NCBI GenBank assembly: GCA_965240325.2
Contig: OZ251231.1
Location: 930,001 to 994,000 of the forward strand
Length of the DNA: 64,000 nucleotides
Origin: Rebecca billardiae RCC1528
Lineage: Eukaryota; Protista; Haptophyta
Direction of reading: 5' to 3'
The position numbers and the translations under genes are program-made. Shown here one piece after another: positions 35,123 to 47,332 of the stretch (position 1 is the first letter of the stretch; each line of letters opens with the position of its first letter). The notes under the pieces were generated by a model. That model saw nothing but the letters and a program-made list of their open reading frames with translations. It made no database searches and was not told where the DNA came from.

Positions 35123-36787
35123 ATGCCCGACACGCCACGGCACGCCGCTGCCAAGGCCCGCGAGTCGTTTCAGCGCGTGTACGAGGACCCCCTGTCTGGA
35201 ATGCCCGGCGAGGAGCAGAAGCACGCACACGCACGGAAAGGCCAGGGCGCCTCGATCCCCACGCCAATAGCACCTGTGCACTACGATCCGCCCGAGCGCA
35301 CAAGTGCCCAGGCAGATGGCACGCCTGCTGAGCTCCCTCCGGCTCAGGGTGGTGTGCGCGCGAGCCAGTACTTTGGCGTGGCCATCGATCGGAAGAGCAA
35401 GTCCAAGCCCTGGCGGGTCGGCTTCTCGCACGAGGGCAAGCACCGTTTCCCGGACGAGTGCTGCTACTACCGTACAGAGGAGGAGGCGGCGCGCATGTAT
35501 GACGCGCTCGTGCGCCAGCTCGAGCTCGTCGGGAAGCGCCCCATCAACTTCCCACGAGCAGGTGAGGAGCGTGTGCCCAAGGGCTATCTCAGGCACTCAA
35601 GGGCTGCTCGTGGGAAGCGTCGCTCGCCGTATGCCGGCGTGGCCTTTGACAGTCGCCCAGCGCGCAAGTGGATCGGCTTCGTCCGCGTGCGCAATGAGGA
35701 GGGCAAGATGCGCAATCTGTACACGACGCTGTGCTTCACGAGCAAGGATGCTGCGCGCGCGCGTGACGACCTCGTGCGCAAGCTCGGGCTGTTCGGCGAG
35801 AATAAGCTCAACTTCCCGCGCGAGGGCGAGGGCGAGTCTGCGATCATCGCTGACTTTGATGGCGATGGCGACGACGAGGACGAGGACGATGGCGAGGAGG
35901 AGGAGGAGGAGGGGGGGGCGGAGGAGGGGGATGGGGCCGAGGGCAATGGTGCTGAGGCCGTTGACATGGATGATGGGTACGGCGAGGAGGAAGAGTACGC
36001 GACGACCGAGGAGGACGACAAGGCGCCCGACGTGACGTGCAGGCCTGCGGATGTGGTGCCGGGAGTAGTGGAGGCGCGGGGCGCTGCACCCCCTCCCCGT
36101 GAGGGAAGGAAGGTGCGCAACAACCCGTTCAAGCGGCGCGGAAGCAGCAGCCCATACTATGGCGTCGTGAAGGGAAGCATGGGCTGGAGGGCCCGCTTTG
36201 TGTGCAACCGTCGCGAGTACCGATGCCAAGGACAGCCTTTCAGCTCGCAGGAGGAGGCTGCGCGCGCGAACGATGACCTCGTGCGCGCCCACGGCTTGGG
36301 CAGGCTGCGGCCGCTCAACTTCCCGCGGCCGGAGGATGCCGCGGCGCAGGCCTCGCTGCTCGGCGGTGACGAGTGCACGGACGGGCGCGATGCTGCTGCC
36401 ACGCCTGCGTCTGCTCGCGGCCATGCCGCTCTCTCTCTGCCCAGCTCGCCAACAGCAAAGCGCGCGCGGGCGCATGGCGGCGCGGCATCAGCAGAATATG
36501 CGCCGCTGCATGCCGCGCTTGTTGAGCCTGCGCCCGAGCTTGTCGATGGCGCGGCCGAGCTTGCGACGGTTGAGGGCGTGCGTGAGGCCCGCGCGCACGG
36601 GCTGCCGCAGCTGGCAGCCTGGCTCGTGGCGAGCGCGCGGGCGCAGGCAACCGTGATGCAGCAGCTGGGGGCCGAGCGCGCGGAGCGCGAACGCGAGCGC
36701 GCCGAGCACGAGCGCGTGTGCGCAGAGCTCGAGAGCTTGCGCGCAAGGCTGAAGCGCGTCAGTGAGTTGATGCCGCGCTCGCCGTAA
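35123..36787 (+). CDS. Transcription factor with three AP2/ERF-type domains, an acidic linker and a C-terminal coiled coil
   Basis: Three repeats of S.Y.GV...W...EEEAAR..D.LVR......(I/L)NFP: SQYFGV, SPYAGV, SPYYGV. Confidence 0.88.
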   Translation: MPDTPRHAAAKARESFQRVYEDPLSGMPGEEQKHAHARKGQGASIPTPIAPVHYDPPERTSAQADGTPAELPPAQGGVRASQYFGVAIDRKSKSKPWRVGFSHEGKHRFPDECCYYRTEEEAARMYDALVRQLELVGKRPINFPRAGEERVPKGYLRHSRAARGKRRSPYAGVAFDSRPARKWIGFVRVRNEEGKMRNLYTTLCFTSKDAARARDDLVRKLGLFGENKLNFPREGEGESAIIADFDGDGDDEDEDDGEEEEEEGGAEEGDGAEGNGAEAVDMDDGYGEEEEYATTEEDDKAPDVTCRPADVVPGVVEARGAAPPPREGRKVRNNPFKRRGSSSPYYGVVKGSMGWRARFVCNRREYRCQGQPFSSQEEAARANDDLVRAHGLGRLRPLNFPRPEDAAAQASLLGGDECTDGRDAAATPASARGHAALSLPSSPTAKRARAHGGAASAEYAPLHAALVEPAPELVDGAAELATVEGVREARAHGLPQLAAWLVASARAQATVMQQLGAERAERERERAEHERVCAELESLRARLKRVSELMPRSP

Positions 36788-37066
36788 TTTCGATCTGTAG
36801 TATAGCTAAGATCCGATCGATGTAAATGGCGAGTTATTCGATAGCGCAGCTTCTAGGAGCAGTCTCAGCGCAAATTGGCTGAAATTGAACTAGATATCGC
36901 GAGCTCATGATTCAATATATATATTATTGCTATGCTGTGCGCTTATTTAAATTCGTCATCAATATATATATATATGTATTACTAGTAATGTAGTCAACTC
37001 ATGGTCTCTCCCAGGCGGCCCGTGACGGCGTGCCCATCGCTACTTCACACTTCACTGCTGCGCACT

Positions 37067-40000
37067 CTACACGTGATGGGCCTCGCGGTGCGCCGGGCTC
37101 TCGCTGCGGGCACGCCGGCCGCCAGCGCGGAACAGCTTGCCAAAGAAGGACGGGCGCACGTCGGGCAGCAGGCCGGCCTTGAGGAGCGCCTGCTGCCGGC
37201 GCTGCAGCCAATCTGCCTGCCACCGCATCCGCACGTGCCGCTGGACCGTGCGCGCCGCGTCGTCGAGGTCCTTGGAGGACGCGGCGCGGATCTCCCCAGT
37301 CGACGCGGCCGCGCTCTTCGACGGCTGATCGCGCGTGAGCACGTACACGCGGTCGGTCGAGCGGATGCGCGTGTCATTCGGCGGGTTGGTGAAGACGAAC
37401 GGCAGGAGGCGCAGCTTCTTGTCCTTGGAGCGCTGGTCGCGCCAGCGGTACAGCCCGATCGGCAGCAGCCCTCGGTTGAGGAGGCGGTAGCGCAGCTCGC
37501 CGTACGTCAGGTTGCCGCCGCCGCGCGCGTGCGCACTGCGCCGCTGCGACTCGAGCGAGACGGCGGGGCCCGGCCGCCTCGCCGCCTTCGGGTGGGAGGG
37601 CGCGTGCGCCTGCGGCATCCCGCGCGGCTCGGGCGGCCCGAGCACGGGGATCGCGCGCTCGGCGAGCTCGGGCGGCAGCTCGAGCAGCTTGAGCTCCACA
37701 TCGTCGAGCAGCTCGTCCGTGAGCAGCCTGCAGAACTGCACGAGCCCGTCGCGCGTCCAGCTCATCATCAGCGGGTAGAGCATCTCGTCGGCAAAGATGG
37801 CGCCCGCGGCGAAGGTGGGCGAGGTGAGGTGCCCCGAGACCGGGTCGTCCGAGCGCGGCCACCAGAGCGAGCGCTCGATGAAGCGCACGTCCCGCGTGGA
37901 CGAGAGCGCCACGAGCACGCGCACGCGGTTCGGCTGCAGCAGCATCGAGTCGATCTTGGTCGCGACCACGACCGCGCCCATGCGCTGGTCGCTCGAGGCG
38001 GAGGAGCCGCTCAGCTTGTCGTTGAAGATGAGCACCGAGTGCAGCCCGGGGACGAGGATGTGCTGCTTGAGGACCTCGTGGTCGAGCGGGTCGGCGTGCA
38101 CGAAGCGGTACTTGGGCGCCGCGCCGCCGCGCGACGGCCCGCGCGAGGCCGCGCCCAGCTTCTCCTCGAGGGCCTCCACGCCCTCGAAGGGCTCGGCGGC
38201 GACGTGCACGACGTGGAGGAAGCGCGAGGCGAGCCGCTCCTCGTCGAGCACGAGCTTGATCATGCGCTCGACGTCGCCGGGCGCGCCGAGGATCACGACG
38301 CGCTCGCCGCGCTGCAGCGCGCGCAGCTCGGTGCCGTTGAGCGGCGCGCCCGCCTGCTGCTCGCGCTTCGAGCGCGGCGGCGGCTCCCGGCGCGGCAGCT
38401 GCGGGTAGCCCACCTCGCCCGGCGGCATCGGCGAGTGCACAAAGCGCGCGAGCGCGCGGAGCGAGCGCGCGATCCACACGCCCTCCATCGTCTGCTCGAT
38501 CTTGAGCTCGCCGAGCCAGATGTGCATGTGCTCGTCGTCCTTGAGCGCGAGCAGCTGCACCCCCGTCACGCCCACGAGCCGCTCGTACAGCCACGAGGCC
38601 TTGTGCCCGACCGCCCAGCGCGGCAGCGCGTACACGATCAGCTGCGACTCGGCGCCGAGCAGGTACTCGCCGCGGTCGTCGGTGGCCGCCTGGTCTTGGT
38701 CGACCTCCCGGTCGAGCCGCGCCTTGCGCGCCGAGGCGGGGGGCGACGCGTGCGCGCGCGAGCCGCGCTGGCCAGCTGGGTCGCCGCCGCCATGCCGCAG
38801 CGCGGTTGCGGAGGAGCCAAGCTCGCTCATGCGCCTGACCTCCGTCGTGACGGTCTGGAGGAGCTCGTCGGTGGACGCGCGCCGGCTGTCCGTCCGCCGC
38901 TCCGACGAGCCGGCGGGTGCGTCGTACGACCACCGCAGCGCCGCCGAGGTCTTGCCGCGGCTGAGCGACGCGCGCTGCACCGCGTCGACGCCCCCGCCCT
39001 CCGCGCCCTCGTCCTCGGGCCCGTGCTCGTCCCACTCGGCCGCGAGCGCCGCGTTGGCCTCGTTCGCGCCCACCTCGGACGAGGAGATCAGCAGGTTGGC
39101 CATCAGGCAGATCATGCCGGGCGCGTCGGTCATCGACTTGTGCAGGAAGCGCATCTTCAGGTCGTTGACGCACAGCGTGTTGTGCACGCCCTGCAACGCC
39201 GGCCGCGCGCGCGAGCGGTGGCAACGGCGCGACGTGAGTGCGCGTCAGCGCGACGCGCTAGACGGCGCGGCGCGAGCGCGCGCGGCGGTGCGGCGGCCCG
39301 GCGGCCGGGACGGGCGGCGCGCACACCATGTTCGCCGTCATCGTGAGGTTGGTGAAGCGCTGGATGAGGCACGTGACCGCCCACGGCTGCACAAAGTTGA
39401 GCAGCGCGAGCACGCGCAGCACCGAGCTCGAATCGTTCTCGTCCAGCGGCGAGCCGTACACGAACGCGTGCGTCGCGTCGCGCAGCTGGAAGGGCGACTC
39501 GCCCGTGCCGACCTCCATGCTGCTCAGCATGTCACCCTCGTACGCGAAGAGGCGGCGCTGCGTGAAGCGCGAGAGCGCGTCGAACTCGTACTCGGCGAGC
39601 GGCACGATGGTGAGCAAGACGAGCTTCTCGGGCGGCCGGTGGTGCGCGACGTTGAGCAGGCTCTCGTAGTTGCGCACGAAGACCTTGAACTGCCAGGGCG
39701 AGACGTGGCCGCACAGCAGGACGAAGCGCTCGCCCGCGCGCGGCGGCGTGCCGAACGTCGTGCGCGTCGCGGCGAAGGCGGCCTGCAGCTGCCCCACCTG
39801 CTCGGGGATCCACGTGATCGTGATCACGATCGCCGAGATGCACATGAAGCGCGAGAGCGGCGTGGAGGGCGAGAAGTCGCCGTAGCCGACCGTCGAGCCG
39901 GTGACGACGGCGAAGTAGAAGAAGTCGAAGAAGTTGACGAAGGTGTCGTCCCCGTTGAGCCGCGCCTCGAGCGTGTGCATGCTCCCCGCGATGATGAAGA

Positions 40001-41150
40001 AGATGCAGAGCACCGCGATCGCGAGCGAGGCGATGCGCACGCGCGTCGAGCGCACGCGCAGCTTGTCGAGGGTGAACTTGTTCACGCGGTGCAGCGCGAG
40101 GAAGCGAAGCCAGCCGAACTGCAGCAGGTAGTGGTTGGGGTCGGCGGAGAGCCGGTTCAGCTGCCACGAGGCCCCGAGGGAGCTGCGGCCGTGCTCCAGC
40201 GGATCGTACCCACGCTCGCCACAGGTCGGCACCGTGTCGCCGTCAAGCTGCACGTTGCTGAGCGCGCCGATGATCTGGCTGACGATGCCGATGGCGATCG
40301 GCAGGTTGACCAGCGTGACCAGCGAGCCCAGCGTCGTCACGTGCTCCCAGCCGGCGGAGAGCACCTCGAGGCAGTAGTCGAAGAAGGTCGTCCACAACGA
40401 GATCGAGTTGATCACAAAGAAGACGGTCGGCACCGACGCAAAGTCCCAACGGCCGCACTCGTCGCGGTGGTTCATGTAGTAGGTCGACCAGACGTACGAC
40501 GCGCAGTACACCGAGAGGCGTGTGAGCCGCGCCACCCAGTAGTTGGGCGTGTCGTGCAGCGCGGTCACGATGCGCAGCTCGCGCAGAAGCATGTTCCGCA
40601 CGATCGTGATCGGGTCGCTGCCAGTGCTCGCGCCGTGCTCGGACGGGCGGGCCGAGCTCAGCCCCCGCGCCTTCTCTGCCCGTGCGCGCTTCAGTCTGGC
40701 CGGCCGACGCCGATGCGAGAAGGACGCGCTCACAGCAGGCAGCAGCATCACCCACCAGATCAGCAGTGCAAAGCCCAGGCTGATGAGGTCGAGCTCGAAG
40801 GACGAGCGCGTGCGGCCAAAGAGCATGAGCAGGACGGCGCTGTCTGTGAAGACGATGAAGTGCAGGGCAAAGAGCAAGCACAGGAACAGCGCGATCCTGA
40901 TGCTGACGAAGGTGGTGTGGCGTATGTCCGAGCCGATGTTGTCCAGCTGCTCTCGGCGCTCGATCCGCTGCCGCAGCTTCGCCAATTGCGCGGCATCGCT
41001 GAGGGGGACTGCGGTGTGCAGGGTCTTCATGGTGCCTGCAAGACCTAAAGCGCGGCTGAGGCGCCGGGAGCTCGAAGTCGTGCCCCCTGGCCGCGCCGCC
41101 AGCGGCGGCGGTGCTGACGATGCGTCCAGCGGCGGCGGCGGCGGCGGCAT
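37067..41150 (-). CDS. BK/Slo-type (RCK-containing) potassium channel, 2 exons (predicted intron 39191-39326)
   Basis: S4 FGWLRFLALHRV, pore FYFAVVTGSTVGYGDFSP, RCK1 FVLLCG...YEGD...EYLLG, RCK2 with FAAGAIF, LPIGLYR and PFVFTNPP. Confidence 0.92.
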
Positions 41151-42261
41151 GATCGTGCGGCGCCCCTCGTGAAAACCGCGCGGCCTGCGTTTCGTCAGCT
41201 ACTGTGTGCACGTTAAAACATAGCAGCATCAGTATTTGTAGGAGGGCAGCACCGCGGGCGGCTGACGACGACAGTGTGGACAGTGTCAAGTCGTGCAGCC
41301 AAACGCGGGAATACAATGCGTACTAGTACAGTTTATTTGTTTTAACGTGCGTACAGTAGCTACGGTACAGTACAGTTTACTAAGAATAAGAGACGCACAC
41401 AGTAGTACAGTAGGTCTGTACAGTCCCTTACAGAGAATCTTACATCAGCAAGTGCCCCAAGTCTCCGCCAGACTCAGTCGGATCGCCGGGATCATAGTCT
41501 GATGATGGGGGCGGGCACGGGGCAGGGGGCCCCACCTTACTAGTTACTTACACCTACGCGCGGCTAATTGGACGTAGTTACGGTGCACTGCAGAGTGCAG
41601 GGCGGGCTGCAGAGTTCTTCACCCGTAGTGATGTGTGATTACTGATTGTCAGACGACTCGTCAGAAGCGGCGCCGTCCCGCGCCAGGGCGTAGTCGCCCG
41701 AAGATTCCGAAGAACTAGAAGTGTAGTCTTAGACTGAATATAATAATATGAAATACTGAGACCGACAGGCGACGAGTCACGACCAATAAGTAAATAACGA
41801 ACATATCAGCAGCAGCACAATTACAAAGTTTCCCACAAAGCAAGTCCGCAAACTGCATGTGACAATAAACTGATGCGCATGAAACGTAATAACTAGTAAT
41901 AACATCGTAGCCTATACTGTCCTACTCCTATTAACCTGCTGGCGGCGCGTCACGCGACCGCGTGACCGGACGCCCACTGCCGCCGGGCCACACTCACAGG
42001 CAGTGAGCACGGTGGCGGGGCCCTGATGGCCGCGTGATGGCCAGTTTCCAGTGTCCCAGGAGCTAGTCTGGACGGCGGTGCTTCTCGTGATGACCGCGGG
42101 TGGGCAAGCACGTACAGGCAAGCCACGAGGCGGCAAAAAGACTCCGACGTCACAACACCGGGCTGGTCGGGAATGGCGTCGCTCCTTCTACAAGCGCCTT
42201 AATCAGCGACGCGAGTCCTGGGCGTCGTGGCTGCGAGGAGGACCAAAGCCGTCGCCGAGAC

Positions 42262-42897
42262 TCAGCTCAGGCCAAGTACCTGTGCCACTTCCGAGGGGGT
42301 GTCCAGGCGTGCGATGCAGTGCCCAAGAATTGTGTGGGAGCGCTGCCATCGTTCTGAAAGCAAACGGCGCACGCGCAGCGGGAATGGCGGAGCAGGCACG
42401 CGTGAGAGTACGTCGCGCATGCGGCCGCCTCGCGCGCGCACGCGCACACCTGCGCCCTCGTTCAGGTATGCGTGCACCCCAGCGCCTGGCCACAGCTGCT
42501 GTGGCGGCAGCTGGGCCGGGTCGTGCGCTCGTGGCGGCATGAAGTGGTCTCCGTGGCTGCGCGAGGCTAGGGCCGCTTCACACGCTGCATCGCGCGTAGA
42601 GGGTTTGGACTCGCCGGACGTGCACAGAATCTGCGCAACCATGGACAGCTGCCGCTCCTCCTCGGCAGAGCCAGGATGAGCCACACCAGTCAGGTCTGCG
42701 TTGAGCTTCGCGCGCGTGTCGACATCGACGCCTGCAGCGCTGTCGATGATTTGTCGCAAGACCATGCGATGGTGCCTCAGGCTGACCTCAAGAGCACGCG
42801 CGCGTTCCTCGCTGGCGAGTAGCGCGACCTCGAGCTGCTCGTCGAGAACTCGTGCCACACCTGCCACCTCCTCCTTTTTGTCTTCGAGATCGCCCAT
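42262..42897 (-). CDS. Hypothetical protein with an N-terminal coiled coil; 3' structure uncertain
   Basis: MGDLEDKKEEVAGVARVLDEQLEVALLASEERARALEVSL reads as a real helix; divergent from CDC50. Confidence 0.45.
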   Translation of the reverse strand: MGDLEDKKEEVAGVARVLDEQLEVALLASEERARALEVSLRHHRMVLRQIIDSAAGVDVDTRAKLNADLTGVAHPGSAEEERQLSMVAQILCTSGESKPSTRDAACEAALASRSHGDHFMPPRAHDPAQLPPQQLWPGAGVHAYLNEGAGVRVRARGGRMRDVLSRVPAPPFPLRVRRLLSERWQRSHTILGHCIARLDTPSEVAQVLGLS

Positions 42898-43177
42898 GGC
42901 CAGCCCGTGCACACCGTTGGCCGCCGTCACTCGTCGGCTCACGGAAGAGCTGCTGCGGTTCCTGAGTGCTGCCCTGCAGCTTGCGAGCAAGTCGCTGCGC
43001 GCGCACACGAGCTAGAGCGCGCGCTGGTGCATTGTCTCAAGCAAGGGTGTCCCTCGGGTCTTGATCAAGCATCAAGCAAAATACTTTTAGTTTCCCGCGA
43101 CGACGAGACTGAAAAGAAAGTTGCCGGCGGCTACCCAAGTCCTTGGCGGCAGCCAATGCGTCGTGTCTTCAGGAACG

Positions 43178-44386
43178 ATGAAGTCCCCTGACCGGCGCTC
43201 GAAAGCGCTCTCTCGGCCGAGTGAGAGCATGCTCTGGCAGCAGGCATGGGCGATGGCGTACAATCCTCTTTATGGCTCCGGAAGATCTGTGGGCCTCGTG
43301 TATGCCTCGATCTCGGGTCTCATGGGCGTTGCGGCGTTACTGTTTGTGATCTTCTCTGGGCGTGTCGTGTCCACAGCGCCAGTCAAATACCACTGTGCGA
43401 CTGGCGGCTGCCCATGCACGACCAACGCGACGTGCAGGGTGCCCATCGAGGTGACGCGCACCATCCCTGCGCCGTCGATGCTACAGTACGAGCTGACGTC
43501 GTTCCACCAGAATCACCGCCGTTACATGCACTCGTGGTCGTACTTCCAGCTCACGAGCCGTGAGCCGATCACGTACCTCGAGGCGCAGGACGCGTGCTGG
43601 CCGCTCGTGAACGCCCACGACGACGCCTCGCAGCCGCCGCTAGTGCCCTGCGGGCTGGCGGCCAACACGTACTTCACCGACAGCTTCAGGTTGTACAGCA
43701 TGGTCAAGCCGGCGCCCGCTCCGGCGCCTGCGCCAGCACCGGCATCGTCACACCACGGCATCGCGAAGCGCATCAACATCACCAAGCGTGGCGAGTGGCG
43801 GGAGCTCATCGAGCTGTCCAAGAAGGACATCACGCGAGACTTCTCGGCCTTCGTGCCGGAGAAGATGCCCCGGGATGCGCGCATCGATCCGGCCAACTTC
43901 GTCACCTGGATCCGCACGGCCCCGCTCCCACGCTTTCGGAAAGCGTACGCTCGCATCGAGACGCCGCTGCCGCCAGGCGTGTATCAGCTGGAGGTGGACG
44001 TGGCGTACAACGTGGCCAGCTTCGGCGGTAGCGCAGCGGTGCTGATATCTAGTTACACCGCCCTCGGCGGCCAACACTACCTGCTTGCCGCCATCGCGCT
44101 CACAACGTCCGTGGCGGCTGGGGTGGCAGCCCTGCTCTGCTGCTTGTGCCCGTCGCAGCTGTCGTCGCCACTCAGCACGGCATCGGCCGTGCTAGCCGCG
44201 CAGCTGGCAGCTGAGCGCGACGACGACCCGCTGAATGGACTGGAGGGCACGGATGAGCTGGTGCGCGGTGAGGACAGCAGCACATATGCCACGGGACCCG
44301 CGCAGCGCCCCGCCTTTTGGGCGTCTCGTCGCATGCCGTGGAATCGTCATCAAGCCCGCAGCCCGTGGGCGATGCAGCAGCGATGA
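43178..44386 (+). CDS. CDC50: CDC50/LEM3 family (P4-ATPase flippase beta subunit)
   Basis: Two TMs; WQQ, YELTSFHQNHRRY, PCGLAANTYFTDSF, FVTWIRTAPLPRFRKAY, YNVASFGG, LGG motifs. Confidence 0.93.
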   Translation: MKSPDRRSKALSRPSESMLWQQAWAMAYNPLYGSGRSVGLVYASISGLMGVAALLFVIFSGRVVSTAPVKYHCATGGCPCTTNATCRVPIEVTRTIPAPSMLQYELTSFHQNHRRYMHSWSYFQLTSREPITYLEAQDACWPLVNAHDDASQPPLVPCGLAANTYFTDSFRLYSMVKPAPAPAPAPAPASSHHGIAKRINITKRGEWRELIELSKKDITRDFSAFVPEKMPRDARIDPANFVTWIRTAPLPRFRKAYARIETPLPPGVYQLEVDVAYNVASFGGSAAVLISSYTALGGQHYLLAAIALTTSVAAGVAALLCCLCPSQLSSPLSTASAVLAAQLAAERDDDPLNGLEGTDELVRGEDSSTYATGPAQRPAFWASRRMPWNRHQARSPWAMQQR

Positions 44387-44708
44387 CGCAGCCGACCGGT
44401 CCGTACGGCGCGCGGCGCAGCAGCAGACTACGATGATGCATCGGCAATGTGCGCGTCGCTCCGCATCACTAATTCATCGCCATTGCTGGCTGCTTATTAT
44501 GCTACGTACCGTATATATATATATATATATAGTGCATGTGTCCTCCTGCATGAATGATGATAACCATTCAGGCGGGCATTGCCGGGTTGCACCCGGCAAT
44601 GCTGCATTCACCCCGGTCCTACCGGAATGCAGGGCTCGCCCCGCTGGCCGCTCCGTGACCGTCAGCGCCGCGCGCCACACAGGCCACCACGACTTCATTA
44701 TCATCAAT

Positions 44709-45985
44709 ACTGCTGCACGCATGATGGTAGTGACAGAGTACTGGCGGTACTGCTGCGCGCATGGTATGGTACTGCTGGGCGCGTGGTATGGCACTCACAT
44801 GGTCGTATGGTATGGTACTGCTGCACGCATGATGGTATGGTACTGCTGCGCGCATGGTAGCAGTATGGTAAGTACTGCTGCGCGCATGGTATGGTACTGC
44901 CACGTGCATGGTATGGTACTGCTGCACGCATGATGGTATGGTACTGGCGGTACTGCTGCGCGCATGGTATGGCACTGCTGTGCGCATGGTATGGTACTGC
45001 TGCGTGCATGGTATGGTACTGCTGCACGCAAGAAACAAACAAGCGCGCAGGTGGTGGGAGCCAAGCAAGCAGACGCAAGCGCGCAGGTGGTGGGAGAAGC
45101 AAGCGCGCAGGTGGTGGGAGTGCTCGCAGGTGGTGGGAGAAGCAAGAAGCAGCAGCTCGAAGCAGCAGGCACTCCGATGCGGCACCTCCCGAAGCTGCTG
45201 CATCCTTCTGACCGCCCGCGGTTTGCAGACGAAGCGTCACGCGGTGCGCGCAGCGGTCATGGCGCTGGGTCCGGCGAGCAGCCGGGGTGAGGTTCAGGTA
45301 CGAGGGGCACACACTATTCCGCATGCGCCTTGGCACCGACCACGCGCCGCATCCACTGGGAGATCTGCGGCCGCAAGAAGCGCGCGCCTTGGCGAGGGCG
45401 AAGCATCGTAGACCCGCCTGCGCAGTGCTTCCGCACCGCCGGCCGGGGCGGTCCGGCACTGCTTGCTTGGTGTTTGTCCGGCTTCCTCAGCTCATACATC
45501 ATCAGTCCTCACTCCTTCACCGATCACTGCGCACCGATCTCATGAAGGGAGCGAGCAACGGAGGAAGCTGAAGCACCTTCACAGGTCCTTGCTCTCTTGA
45601 AACAGTGAGGAACCGGAAGCAACCGAGAGGAAGCTGAACTGAGGAACCTTCACAGGTCCTTGCTCTCTCCGCAGCTTCATACTGTACTGTGTACCATGCA
45701 CACAGCAGTACCATTGCCATACCGCATGCGCGCAGCAGTACCATACCATGCTCGCAGCTGAGTACCATACCATCATGCGCGCAGCAGTACGGCCATCATG
45801 CGTGCAGCAGTACCATACTACCATGCGCACAGCAGTACCATACCATGTGCGCAGCAGTACCATACCATGCGCGCAGCAGTACCATACCATCATGCACGCA
45901 GCAGTACCATACGACCATGCTTGCAGCGCAGTACCATACCATGCGTGCAGCAGTACCATCCCTACCATGCGTGCAGTAGTGCCAT
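44709..45985. mobile_element. Foldback-like element, copy 1: 22-bp satellite array (forward, ~44709-45030), core (~45030-45680), same satellite inverted (~45690-45985)
   Basis: GGTATGGTACTGCTGCGCGCAT-like units on the left, their reverse complement (ATGCGCGCAGCAGTACCATACC) on the right; no transposase. Confidence 0.6.
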
Positions 45986-47305
45986 ATGGTACTGCCGGCA
46001 CACATGGTATGGACTATGGTACTGCTGGGCGCATGGTATCCATGGCACTCACATGGCATGGTATGGCACCGCTGTGCACATGGTATGGTACTGCTGCAAG
46101 CATGGTAGTATGGTACTGCTGCACGCATGATGGTATGGTACTGCTGCTCGCATGGTATGGTACTGCGGCGCGCATGGTATGGTACTGCTGCGCGCACTGT
46201 AGTGTGGTACTGCTCGCTCGGTGTGCATGGTATATGGTACTGCATGGTATGTTATGGCCTACTGCTGCGCGCATGGTATGGTACTGCTGCATGCATGGTA
46301 GGTACTGCTGCGCACATGATGGTATGGTACTGCTGCGCGCATGGTATGGTACTGCTGTGCGCATGATGGCGGTATGGTACTGCTGCACACATGGTGGTAT
46401 GTACTGCTGCTGCGCGCATGGTATGGTACCGTGCCGCGCGGCATGGTATGATACTGCTGCACGCATGATGGTATGGTACTGGCGGTACTGCTGCGCGCAT
46501 GGTATGGCACTGCTGTGCGCATGGTATGGTACTGCTGCGTGCATGGTATGGTACTGCTGCACGCAAGAAACAAGCGCGCAGGTGGCGGGACGGCCAAGCA
46601 AGCAGGAGTGGTGGGAGAAGCAAGCGCGCAGGTGGTGGGAGTGCTCGCAGGTGGTGGGAGAAGCAAGAAGCAGCAGCTCGAAGCAGCAGGCACTCCGATG
46701 CGGCACCTCCCGAAGCTGCTGCATCCTTCTGACCGCCCGCGGTTTGCCACGAAGCGTCCGCAGACTCGGCGAGCCGCACGCGCACGCGGTGCGCGCAGCG
46801 GTCATGGCGCTGGGTCCGGCGAGCAGCCGGGGTGAGGTTCAGGTACGAGGGGCGCACACTATTCCGCATGCGCCTTGGCACCGACCACGCGCCGCATCCA
46901 CTGGGAGATCTGCGGCCGCAAGAAGCGCGCGCCTTGGCGAGGGCGCCACGAAGCATCCGGTAGACCCGCCTGCGGAGTGCTTCCGCACCGCCGGCCGGGG
47001 CGGTCCGGCACTGCTTGCTTGGTGTTTGTCCGGCTTCCTCAGCTCATACATCATCAGTCCTCACTCCTTCACCGATCACTGCGCATCATGAAGGGAGCGA
47101 GCAACTGATGTAAGCACCTTCACGGGTCCTGCTCTCTTGCCGAACCGTGGCGGTCCGGCACTGCTTGCTTGGTGTTTGTCCGGCTTCCTCACCTCATATG
47201 TACATCATCAGTCCTCACTCCTTCACCGATCACTGCGCATCATGAAGGGAGCGAGCAACTGATGTAAGCACCTTCACGGGTCCTGCTCTCTTGCCGAACC
47301 GTGAG
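45986..47305. mobile_element. Foldback-like element, copy 2: forward satellite (~45986-46565) + core copy (~46565-47149) + ~150-bp tandem duplication (~47150-47303); right arm missing
   Basis: The core is nearly identical to 45030-45600 (caagcgcgcaggtggtgggag repeats, ...ggttcaggtacgagggg..., ...catcatcagtcctcactccttcaccgatc...). Confidence 0.6.
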
Positions 47306-47332
47306 GAACGAGCCGGTGGAGCAAGGGCGGTC

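Noticed and set aside
44709-46565. CRISPR-like array
   Set aside because: Repeats are contiguous and degenerate with no unique spacers, no cas genes, and the context is eukaryotic.
44474-47091. Many Cys/Trp/Tyr/His-rich ORFs (e.g. 45748-47091)
   Set aside because: Translations of the 22-bp satellite in several frames on both strands; the unit length is not a multiple of 3.
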